From Hypanus sabinus (taxonomy: Eukaryota), in the NCBI RefSeq assembly GCF_030144855.1, contig NC_082707.1:154132001-154196000 (forward strand): a stretch of 64,000 bases of DNA, written 5' to 3'. This document shows positions 23,710-34,227 of this stretch, one piece after another; the stretch's first letter is position 1, and every line of letters begins with the position of its first letter. The position numbers and the translations under genes are program-made. The notes beneath the pieces were generated by a model. That model was not told the DNA's origin, made no database searches, and saw only the letters and a list, made by a program, of their open reading frames with translations.

Positions 23710-24190
23710 ATGGCGCACGGCCGGCCGCCGCCGTGTAGGGATGGCGTGATCTCGGTGCTCGACATGCACACGGGCGGCGAGCCGCTGCGTATCGTCACCG
23801 GGGGCTTCCCGCCCGTCCTCGGCCACGACATCCTAAGCAAACGGCGCTACGTGCGCGACCAGCTGGACGGGCTGAGGCGGCTCTTGCTCTTCGAGCCCCG
23901 GGGCCACCGTGACATGTACGGCGCGCTGCTAGTTGGCTCGGAGGAGCCCGACGCCCACCTCGGCGTCCTCTTCATGCACAACCAGGGCTACAGCACCATG
24001 TGCGGGCACGCCGTCCTGGCTCTCGGCCGCTACGCCCTGGATTACGGCTTGATCGCCGAACCCAGCTCCCCTGAAACACAAGTCAACATCCACTGTCCGT
24101 GCGGCCTCGTCCGAGCTTACGTTCAGTATGACCGGGGCAGGAGCGGACGTGTCCGCTTCCACAGCGTCCCTGCCTTCGTCTTCGCCACAG
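23710..24190 (+). CDS. L3HYPDH: Proline racemase family enzyme, L3HYPDH orthologue, exon 1
   Basis: aacaATGG start; DMHTGGEPLRI, FEPRGHRDMYGA, FMHNQGYSTMCGH and IHCPCGLV motifs; donor ACAG|gtaga. The five exons total 1044 nt (347 aa). Confidence 0.95.
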
Positions 24191-25670
24191 GTAGAGGCCG
24201 AATGGCTGCTGCACGGATCACAACATCACTGTTTCAGTCTTGTCATTTACACGTTTCCCGTTTACTCGGCGCTCGCACTAAATTATTTTGATGTGTTCAG
24301 TCCCGGTCAATCAAAACAGCCACAGAGTTTGCACATATAGTATTCTGTATATTTTATCCCCGTAAATCAATACATCCGTAAGAGTTTACATATATCCCGT
24401 ATATTTGATCCCAGTGGATCATGCGGCCTCGGAGGTTGCACGTTATTTTCTGTATATTCAGTTCCAGTGAATACTTGAGCTCAGATTTTTGTACGTGAGG
24501 CTTCCTATTTATTCAATAACAGCGTGTTCAGTCGTAACAAACCAACAAAGTTTGTATAGCCTTGTATGTATATATATATATTCAGTCAGAGTGACTGAAT
24601 ATGTTGCAAATAGAAAGTTTCCAAGTGTTACGTCTTCTGTCTTTAATCAAAATGTGGGTTGTGTCTCCAAATCTATAAATTCTAGCTTGGCAACTTTTGC
24701 TCTGGGTACATGTCAAAATTTGCTCTGACTGTGACTGCAGACTGAATGTTCTAGATTCAAAGTAAAATATCAGAATACATACATGTTGCCACATGCAACC
24801 TTGAAGTTCTTTTTCTTACAGACATTCTCAACATATCTGTAGAACAGTAACTAAAAAGGATCAATGAAAGAATAAAACCATAGAAGACAACAAACTGGCC
24901 AAATGGAAATGCAAATATAAATAAAGAGCAATAAATAAGGAGAGCATGAAATAACAAGATAAACAGTGAGATCACTGGTTGTGGGAATATCTCAATAGGT
25001 GAATGTAGTTATCTTCTTTTGTTCAAAGCATGATGGTTGAGGAGTAGTAACTTTTGGTTCTGTAACGGAGTCTCTTGCTGTTTTCCTGTTAATTTGTTTT
25101 TATGGAGTAATTTTGCATGTAGCCAGTTTTTAGTGGAGACCTGGGGAAAACCCACATTGTCCATAGGGGGAATATGCAACCCCCTCACAGACTGCACCAG
25201 AGATCAGGATTGAATGTGAGTCATTGGAATTGTGAGGTGGTAGTTCTGCTAGCAGCCCTGATAAAAACTTTGAAGGTGGAAATAAAAGAGGGTTCCATGT
25301 GAAAAGTAAATCATGCCAAATGGCATAATGTAATAATAAAAAGAACGATCAATATTTAAATCACCATTACACCACCTTTGTCAGCTGCTTTCCTGCTTAC
25401 AGTACACTGCTTTTTTATTGTAGGATATAGGCATGTCTGTACAACATTTTTGGCATTGATTTACAATTCATGACAGTCTGTGCCTAGATTCACTAGCAAA
25501 GTGTTAAAAGGAGAAGATTCAGGTTCCAAACAGTAATGATTTCACTCTTGGATCAGTTTTAAGTCCCTTGGAATTAGAGCAGAAGGCTGAGAGAAGCTCT
25601 GTTCATATTTAGGGCTGTGACATAGATGAGCACGTACAATGTACAGCCCTACCTTACTGGTCTTTTTCAG

Positions 25671-25846
25671 ATATTCCTATTGATCTACCTGGACCTGGAC
25701 GTGGCAAGATTGTGGTGGATGTTGCATATGGAGGTGCTTTTTATGCATTTGTGAGTGCAGATTGTTTTGGTTTGGACGTTTGTTCCTCCAGGACACGAGA
25801 CCTTGTAGATGCAGCAGTAACTGTAACTAATGCTGTGAAAGCACAG
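25671..25846 (+). CDS. L3HYPDH: L3HYPDH exon 2
   Basis: tttttcag|AT; reads IPIDLPGPGRGKIVVDVAYGGAFYAFVSA...AVKAQ|gtgcg. Confidence 0.95.
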
Positions 25847-26791
25847 GTGCGTAAAGAAATAAAGTACTTCTCTGATTCTCCCAGCTGCCATGGTTTAAAT
25901 GCAGATTAGTGATGGTGTTTATGTGCTCCATGTGGCAAACATCCAACCCCCCATCCCTCCTCCATAAAGAAACTTCTTCAGAGGATGGAAAAAAATATGC
26001 AGTTGTGAGGTGGCTAATTTGTGTTGTTAGAAATGGATCCCCTTTCTACAGAGTTGTGTGTAGTGAATTAAACACTATGCTTTTTTTGTATTCTGCTCCA
26101 AGTTTTATTTACCTTGCAGACTTAACAGTCCTAGCTGAAAGGCAAAGTAAATAATTCTAAGGAAAACAGGGCAAACAATGCAGGGTTTTATGTTCAGCCC
26201 AGATTATGTGGCTGTGAAACTTAAGTATGGCGATTTTTGTAACTGTTTAGACCTTTGGTGAAATATATAAACAATATTTTGTGACCTGGTTTGGGATTGG
26301 GATAATTGGACAAGCAATTCTGCAATCCTTGCAGCTCTGAGACGTCAACAAGTTTGGACTAGTAGTCATTACAAGAGCTGATCATAAGGGTGATAGCTGC
26401 ATTCCTCCTTATCAGTCTCCAGGATTGTTTTAATTTGTTTCTCGTGATTTGATTCAAATTTGATGGATTGGTTCCGCCAATATCAATGAGTATCAGCTAC
26501 AAGGAGATATTGCCCATAAAGCAATGTACTTGGCATTCGTACCGATTAATGGAGACTAAAAGTTACTTTTTGTTTTAATGTTAATTCCACTATAGTTGCC
26601 ATATGCTAAATAATTTATGAAGTACAAGTACTACCAATGGTTGTCAGTTAACATTCTGGGCTTCTGAAAAAGGCTTAAGTATGATGATACATAACAATTA
26701 AAACACTTTTTTTGTGAACACTTACAAGATGCAACTGCTGCTACTCATCCAGTAAGTTAATATCAAACCTGACATGTATTCTTTTTTACAG

Positions 26792-26914
26792 GTCAAGCTG
26801 CACCACCCTGATAGTGAGGATCTTGCCTTCCTCTATGGCACTATAATAACTGATGGCAAAGATGCATTTTCTGAAGAACCAACAGCAAATATCTGTGTTT
26901 TTGGAGATGCTCAG
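26792..26914 (+). CDS. L3HYPDH: L3HYPDH exon 3
   Basis: Reads VKLHHPDSEDLAFLYGTIITDGKDAFSEEPTANICVFGDAQ; canonical splice sites. Confidence 0.95.
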
Positions 26915-27228
26915 GTAGATAAATTAAATCATTATTTGTAAACATTATTGCAATAAGTAGCAGTACAGGCATTTTAACAATCCAACTGTACAAGTAAAAA
27001 CAAAATAACCTCATTTAAACTCTAAACTGGAACTGCTTGGACAGAATCTTTATTGGGTACTCATTTACGTAACCTATTGAATAAGTTGTACATCACACTC
27101 TTACTGAATTGTATAACTAAAGCTAAGCAAAATTCTCCTGATAGAACTTAAAAACATTACACAGAAGCAACTTGTTGAAATGAAATAGTTTTGACATTGC
27201 CCTTTCCCTGGGTTTGGTTCATCTAAAT

Positions 27229-29142
27229 CAGGGGTGTCAAACTCAAATACACAGTGTGCCAAAATTAAAAAATCAGTACAAGTCGAGGGCCGGACTGGTT
27301 CAGCGTTTATTGCAAAACTTATTGAAATGAATTTATTACACATATTAACCTGGAACTAACAAAGCTTAGGTTATTGCCTACAAAAACAACATTGAACATT
27401 AAATAAATAAAAAATCAGTTGCATTTATTTCTTATGGCTTTATCTGCAGCTTTTCCAGAGTAATTTCTAATGAAAACATTTTTCCACAGGCCAACACTCT
27501 GTGATTCACACTCGTCTAAGCCAGATACTTCGCATCTCATCTTGGATGCAAGTTCATCAATGTTTGGAGTCAGGCTCTGAGCTGAGGAAATCCTCAGAAT
27601 TGAGTGAAGGTGTTCATCAGAAAGACGACTCCTGTGTGATGTTTTGTTTATCTTCATCAAAGAGAACAGTTGTTCACACAGATATGTGCTGCCAAACATA
27701 GAGAGCATTTGAGCAGCTTGGGTACGCAGCTGGGGCATTGTGTCGGGAATGAAACGTAGAAACTGTGCAGCGCCCACTGAGTCATACTTTGCCTTGAGTG
27801 TGTCACTACATTGGAGTTCAATCAGCTCCATTTGTATGTTGGTTGGTGCGTTTTCCACGTCAGCTGCAAATGGATTACTGAGCAGTTCAAACCTGCTTTT
27901 TTTGGGCTTCAAAGTCGGCAAATCGCCGTGTGAAGTCGGCACCAAGTATGCTAAGTTTTACAGCAAACTTTGCACGTGGGAACACTGCGGTAGAAACCTG
28001 CTCTTTCATAGTTTGGCAACACGGAAAATGGGTCAAGTTTTCTTGCTGTATCTGTGTCTCCCACAGGCGCAGCTTGGTTTTAAAAGCCCTCACTGCAGCG
28101 TACATGTCTGTGATCACACAACCCCGCCCCTGAAGCTGCAGGTTGAGCGCATTGAGATGGCTCGTGATGTCACACAGAAACGCCATTTCACAAAGCAACT
28201 TTTTATCCCGGAGCTCTGTTGTGTCTTTCCCTTTGCTTTCCATGAACTGACAGATCTCCTCACGCAACTCGAAACATCTTTTCAGCACTTTTCCTTGGCT
28301 TAACCATCGCACCTCTGTGTGATAGGGCAAATCGTTATATTCTGAACCCAACTCCTCCAAAAACGACTTGAACTCGCGGTGATTTAAACCTTTGGCTCTT
28401 ATGAAGTTAACTGCTCGTGTTATGGTGCTCATTATATGTTCCATTTTCAAGGCTTTGCCACACAACGATTCCTGGTGTATGATGCAGTGATAAGCTGTCA
28501 GTTCACTTGCGCCGTTTTCCTCCCGCATCTTCTCCTGGATCCTGCCTACCAATCCACTCTTTTGACCGCACATTGTGGGCTTCTGTTTCTTGTCCAGATG
28601 CTTGTATTTGTCGTGGTGTTTCGTTTCATAGTGTCGTCTTACGTTAAATTCTTTAATTACAGCCACACCATCTCCACACACAAGACAAACAGGTTTGCCC
28701 TTTATATCTGTGAACATATACTCTGCCTCCCACCTGCCTTGAAAACCCCTGTTTTCAAAGTCCACCTTTCGTTCAGCCATTTTTGGGGTGAGGGATAGCT
28801 AAAAGTTGACCACACGTGACTAGCGCCATGAGAGAGTAAGGCAAGCGCGAGCAATGCACTGGCAGTGCATTGTGGGATTTGTAGTATTAGTGGTGCATGC
28901 AATATACCGGTGGGCCAGCTCTAATAGAAAAAAAATTTACTCATTAATGATATTCAGGAAATAAACCAGGGAAACCGAATAAACACTAAAAACCCTGAAA
29001 ACCTGGTACCTGAATAAACTCAGCATTAGCCATATCATACGCCATAGGCGCTTCGATTACTGGGGCCAGCTTTAATAGTAATTAGATATTATCTCGCGGG
29101 CCAAAGATAATTCCACCGCGGGCCTTGAATTTGACATATATG
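27229..29142 (-). mobile_element. hAT-Charlie (OC1/SPIN-like) DNA transposon, internally deleted, in L3HYPDH intron 3
   Basis: Perfect 8-bp TSD ATCTAAAT (27221-27228 and 29143-29150); imperfect TIRs caggggtgtcaaactca and catatatgtcaaattca. Transposase has a BED-like CLVC..RRHYETKH, then HCIIHQE, VRWLS and FGSTYLCEQLFS, with one frameshift near 27900. Confidence 0.93.
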
Positions 29143-29252
29143 ATCTAAATCCTTGATGTTCAAACTGGGAGATGATTTTAAATTGAATGACTGAATTATA
29201 TACAATGTATTAAAAAGTTCAGAGATATTTTTGCTCAACTTGTCTTGAATAG

Positions 29253-29390
29253 GTCGACAGAAGTCCTTGTGGCTCAGGTGTGACTGCTCGTGTTGCATTG
29301 CAGTATCATAAAGGATTTGTTCTACTGAATCAGACTAGGACATTTCAAAGTGGTCCAACAGGCTCATTATTCACAGGAAAAGCTGTTGAG
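29253..29390 (+). CDS. L3HYPDH: L3HYPDH exon 4 (second catalytic motif, here DRSPCGSG)
   Basis: aatag|GTC GAC AGA AGT CCT TGT GGC TCA GGT...GTT GAG|gtgaa; reads VDRSPCGSGVTARVALQYHKG...FTGKAVE. Confidence 0.95.
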
Positions 29391-29506
29391 GTGAAGAACA
29401 ATTTATAAATATTATGTTTAAGCACCTTACAAGGCAGTAAGTTTTGATGCAAAATAAATGCAAGCAAAAAGATTGGGATGCTGATTTAAAAAATGATTTT
29501 TTTCAG

Positions 29507-29632
29507 GAAACAAAATGTGGCGATTTCAAAGCTGTTACAGTGGAAATAGCAGGACAAGCACATTACACAGGAACGGCAAACTTTTGTGTCGAAGATGATG
29601 ACGTTCTCAAAGATGGGTTTCTTCTTCGATGA
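29507..29632 (+). CDS. L3HYPDH: L3HYPDH exon 5 (last)
   Basis: Reads ETKCGDFKAVTVEIAGQAHYTGTANFCVEDDDVLKDGFLLR-TGA; tandem AATAAA near 29946-29956. Confidence 0.95.
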   Translation, partial: ETKCGDFKAVTVEIAGQAHYTGTANFCVEDDDVLKDGFLLR

Positions 29633-30394
29633 AGTATTTAGAACAGAAGTTACCATGTGTACTTAACATTAAAATCTTGGTATCATTTTAAAGTCCTAAC
29701 TTTTATTAAGTATAATTTAGTTTTCTATGTATTAATTCTATATTTGAATTTCAGTCTTTAAAGACACTGAACTATGAATTATTCATGTATAATTAAGTTT
29801 GTAACATATTTATACTTAGTAGTCTGATGGATCATGTTTAATTATTTATGAAATGGAAACAAGTGTTATGATTCTACATTACTTTGTGGGTAAGTCCTAA
29901 ACTCTGATATTTCTATCTACACTGTATGTAATCATTTTAATTTTTAATAAAATAAAATTATCACTATAATATTAATTGTAAGCTCACTGTATAAGCAGAG
30001 AAAAATTGTAGCTTTGTTGAAGATTTCTACTGTTTTAAATCAGACTGCACCATTTTAAATTAGTGATTTTTTTTCTAGTTACTAATCTTGTTTACACAGT
30101 TAAATTGCCCTTCAGTCTGATACTAATTGTAAAACAATTTCGATCAAATTAGTATTGGTATGTCTGATCAATTTAAGTTATGATAAGGGTAGATAATGGC
30201 CAATTTTAAAATAACAGAAAATAACAGCACGTTCTTTATATCTGCTTTGCAACAAGTAATGTGGTTTGATTGTGTAAAGCAGAACAAGGATAGTAGCCTG
30301 GTTATTTGCTCAGAATGCCTTGGGCTCCTTTCTGAAAATTAATATATGAAGTAAAATATTTTTGTTAAATATATTTTCAGAATGAGTCGATATA

Positions 30395-31220
30395 CAGTTC
30401 ACGCTCCTTATCTGCAATTTCCGCATGTGCGAATCAAGAAAACCTGGAATTGCTCTTCCAGCACTTGTTGCTTGAGCATGTACAGACTTTTTTTTCTTGA
30501 CATTATTCCTTAATGCAGTAGAACAACTATTTTACATAGCATTTGCATTGTATTAGGTATTATAAGTAGTCTAGAGATGATTTAAAGTATACGGGAGGAT
30601 GTGTGTGGGTTATCGTGGATTGGAATTGAAAAAAAATCGTAAGTTCTCTTACTAAGTAAGTTGGAACAGGTACATCTGGTTAGCATCAGTCAAATGTTTG
30701 TCTTAGTATATAGTATACATTTTACCTTTCTATGCATGCACTTAAGAACGTATGTTTCAGCACCGGGCTGGGGAACGGAAGTTCTCAGGTTCGATCCAGT
30801 GACGGATCGCTTCCGAGTGCACTCTCCATCCGTGCCTGGTTGATGTGGAGGATCAAAACCCCAAAACCCAATAATTAAACCACTGTGTTGTATAGTAATA
30901 GTTGTAGCTTTCATCAAGGCAGGGCCTTTCTCACTTTATCCTTTAAAATTGTTCCGATCGTAAACGGACTGTAGCCTGACGCTTTTCCAATCACTAATGG
31001 CATTTCACCTCTTTCAGATCGCTTTATTATTTCCAGTTTATGTTCAATCGTGATCATGATTATTTTCGTGAACAGAAACACCGCGGATGCAGAGTTCCGC
31101 CACCAGGTACTAATATCCACTGCACTGAGACAGGTTGAATAAGGGACTTGAGCATCTGCGTTTTTTGCTATCTGTGAGGGGTCCCAGAACCAATCCCTCA
31201 CGGATAAGGAAGGCCGACTT
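30395..31220 (-). mobile_element. TcMar-Tigger (MER2-like) non-autonomous DNA transposon, copy 3 (no N run)
   Basis: More diverged TIRs; colinear with copies 1 and 2; same HTH remnant. Confidence 0.85.
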
Positions 31221-32579
31221 ATTCAGAGACCATGCAATAAAATACGGCAGTATCTATTTATTCCTGATACGGCTTTATTCAGAGCCCTATAAACCAAAAT
31301 GTTTCCAGGTTTGCTGCCCAGCCCAAGTTGGCTCTTCATAAATCCTTAAGTAATAAAGGGAAAATATATACTGCATTATTTTGTGATAAGTGCTTTAAGA
31401 AGTGTAATTCTGGAATTCTTTTCCAATTTCTTCTGTTAGGTTACTTTCTAAAATCTACCTCCTTGAATAGGCTTTAACTGGCCTAGAATTTTAACTGGTT
31501 CAATGGACATTTTTGTTTAATAATATGTTATATAAATGATAGCCATTAGTCTTGATTATACAGCAATTCATGCACAAACTGCAGAAACAAAAATATGGTT
31601 GTCTCAGGTAAGATAGCTTACAAAGTTGATAGTTTACTATCTTTGGCTATACTTGTCTGTGTATTCAGAAGCAGCTCTCAGCTTTGAAAGCTCAGTGTCA
31701 CATACAGGATAGTTCATTTTTATAATAGCTTATATTACGTAAGAAGTCTATGCCCCACTCAAATCTTCTCCTGTCTTTCATCTTCTAAACCTAACTGCCT
31801 ACCCTCTATACCATTCTAGTGCACTTACTGCTCTTGTGTGTAAATTTACTTTTCACTTCAACCACAATCCCTAGTAGCAAGTTCTGTAGTTTCATTACCC
31901 CTTGAGTAAAGAGGTTTCTTCCAAATTTCCTATTTGGTGTCTTGTTATGTTATGAAGGTCTCAAGTTATGCTATGGAAATTTGTCTCTGTATCCAGTCCA
32001 TCAAAACTGGTCCACACTTGCCCTTTTTGCAAAGGGAAAGAGATTCAGTTTGCTCAAATTTTTTGATTATATACTGTATATAATTTTGTGTTTGTAATTT
32101 AATCCTAATAAATCTATCCTGAATGGTCTGTTCCTACTTTTAAGACTGATCTCCATTTTAGATCTCAGAAATATCATATTGGTATCTTCGATCTCAAGAC
32201 TGAGTATATTTTAAAGTGATATTTGCTAGGAATTTGGAAGCTTCTGACAGCTTGTCGATGAACATACATTCGTCTCAACGCATTGCATCCTGTTACTTTT
32301 TTTTGGTTGTATCTCATAGGAACACAAACAAAGTTATATGCGTAGATTCCCTCGGTCCCTCCCTCAGTCCGGCTGTGCCTTTCATATGAACCCCTATATG
32401 TGTCAAAGATTTTCTCCTTGAATAGCTCTAACGATCCAGTCTCCACAGGATCGTGGTTTCCAGAGATTTGCCATAATTTGTGAAAAGGAGTTCACAGAGA
32501 CTTATGCCTCTGCAGTTTTGTTTGCTTCAAGGGTTCCAGCTGCAGGAAATGAATTTGGTGTCACTGCCTGAGTCAGGGT

Positions 32580-33480
32580 GCAGCCGCTGGATACCCTGAC
32601 AACGGCGGTACGCGTCACGGTGCTTGGAGATGGAGAGCGGAAGGGAGGCGGAGCGGGACATGTGCGGCTACTGAGGCGGATCAGGAGTGGAACCGGAGGA
32701 TGAATCGGAGTGCACTGGTAATGATACGTGCTGAAAGGCTAGAACTTGTAGCCGCCGGCTTCCGAGCGAGGTAACAGCGCTGCCGCGGGGAGATGTTACG
32801 CAGAAAATGGGCGGCTGAAAGGGTGTCGGTAAGGCAGCGTGGGAACCGGGGGCGAGTGGTCCGTGGCCCAACCAAGCGGCCGCAGGGACCGCTCGCCGCA
32901 GTGGCGGCCCCGGTGATGTGCGGAGCTTTAGGTGGACGCGCCATTCGGGTCCATGGATCCGCCTACCGGGACTTCGGTGCTGAGCAACGACACGGCGCTC
33001 GGCAACAACAGCGGAGCAGCGCAGCCGGAGCGAGCGAGCGGCCAGACCGACGTCGGGTCTCTGCTCCACGGTGTGGCCGTGGCTTCCAAGGCTCTGCTCC
33101 TCTTGCTCATCTTTCTGTTGTCCAGCCTGGGCAACGCGGCGGTGATTGCGGTGATCGTCAAACACCGGCAGCTGCGGACTGTGACTAACGCCTTCATCAT
33201 GTCGCTGTCCTTGTCCGACCTGCTCACTGCCCTGCTCTGTGTGCCATTCTCCTTCATCATGCTCTTCAGCCAAGACGGTGTCTGGATCTTTGGGGACCGC
33301 TTCTGCGTGGCCAACGGTTTCTTCAATTCCTGCTTCGGGATCATCTCTACCCTCACCATGACCCTCATCTCCTTCGACCGCTACTACGCGATCGTCAGGC
33401 AGCCGCAAGAAAAGATGGGCAGGCGTCTGGCCGCGCAGCTCTTGGCCGCCGTCTGGCTGACGGCCTTCATTTTCTCTTTC
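32580..33480. promoter_or_regulatory. CpG island over the GPR135 promoter and 5' CDS
   Basis: Sharp rise in GC and CpG; GC-box-like ggaggcggagcggg near 32644. Confidence 0.75.
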
Positions 33481-34227
33481 CCCTGGTATCTCTTGTTACA
33501 AGCCCCAGGACAGCAGGTTATTCATAAGAAGGGCTTCTACCACTGTATGTATATCTTCCACTCGGGCAGCTCCCGTATGGGCACTGGGTACAGCATCGCC
33601 TTGATTGTCACCTGCTACCTGTTGCCCTTCTCCCTGATGTGCTTCTGTCACTACAACATCTGTAAGACAGTGAGGCTATCAGAGATCCGAGTCCGTCCGG
33701 TCACTACATATGCCCATCTGCTACGCTTCTACAGTGAAATGAGGACAGCCACCACAGTGCTGATAATGATCGTCTTTATCATCTGCTGCTGGGGTCCTTA
33801 TTGTGTAATGGGAATCATCACAGCCACTGGAAACTTTCATTTCACCCCCATCATGGACACTGTAGCTATCTGGCTAGCCTGGGCTAATGGTGCCCTCAAT
33901 CCCTTAATCTATGCTACCAGGAACCCCAACATCTCTATGCTTTTGGGAAGAAAAAGGGAAGATGGTTACAGGACTAGAAATATAGCAGCCTACTTGTCTA
34001 GGCAGAACCAGGACCATGAGGTTAGGAGTCAGGCAGACAGGATAAGGGACCGCTATGTCAGTCGGCAAGGGGCTGGTAGCAGGATGTCTTCTTCTAGCCC
34101 GGCAAATGGAGATGTCCTGATGTGGGCCTGTAAAAATCCAGCTGTGCTTTTCTGCAGGGATGGACCACCCAACAGAATGCCTGAGCCTGCCATGGCCAAA
34201 TCAGAGACTGCAGACACCAGCCTTTAA
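32953..34227 (+). CDS. GPR135: Orphan class A GPCR GPR135, single coding exon (424 aa from first ATG)
   Basis: Seven hydrophobic segments with GN, LSLSD, DRY, CWGP and NPLIY; [25 protein letters not shown] and MWACKNP...DTSL are typical of GPR135; synteny agrees. The ORF track start (32932) is a GTG. Confidence 0.95.
   Translation: MDPPTGTSVLSNDTALGNNSGAAQPERASGQTDVGSLLHGVAVASKALLLLLIFLLSSLGNAAVIAVIVKHRQLRTVTNAFIMSLSLSDLLTALLCVPFSFIMLFSQDGVWIFGDRFCVANGFFNSCFGIISTLTMTLISFDRYYAIVRQPQEKMGRRLAAQLLAAVWLTAFIFSFPWYLLLQAPGQQVIHKKGFYHCMYIFHSGSSRMGTGYSIALIVTCYLLPFSLMCFCHYNICKTVRLSEIRVRPVTTYAHLLRFYSEMRTATTVLIMIVFIICCWGPYCVMGIITATGNFHFTPIMDTVAIWLAWANGALNPLIYATRNPNISMLLGRKREDGYRTRNIAAYLSRQNQDHEVRSQADRIRDRYVSRQGAGSRMSSSSPANGDVLMWACKNPAVLFCRDGPPNRMPEPAMAKSETADTSL

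Larger units (their letters stand above)
23350..24300. promoter_or_regulatory. CpG island / bidirectional promoter of JKAMP and L3HYPDH
   Basis: Dense CpG in an AT-rich background; divergent ATGs at 23579 and 23710; inverted ETS-type sites ccggaa (23646) and ttccgg (23664). Confidence 0.85.

Noticed and set aside
23698-24291. 197-aa single-exon ORF as a complete gene
   Set aside because: It is L3HYPDH exon 1 reading on into intron 1; homology ends at the donor after 24190.
27415-28780. Domesticated GTF2IRD2-like host gene
   Set aside because: Bounded by TIRs and an 8-bp TSD, internally deleted and frameshifted, so it is a transposon copy.
32668-33408. 246-aa antisense ORF
   Set aside because: Antisense shadow of the GC-rich GPR135 5' region.
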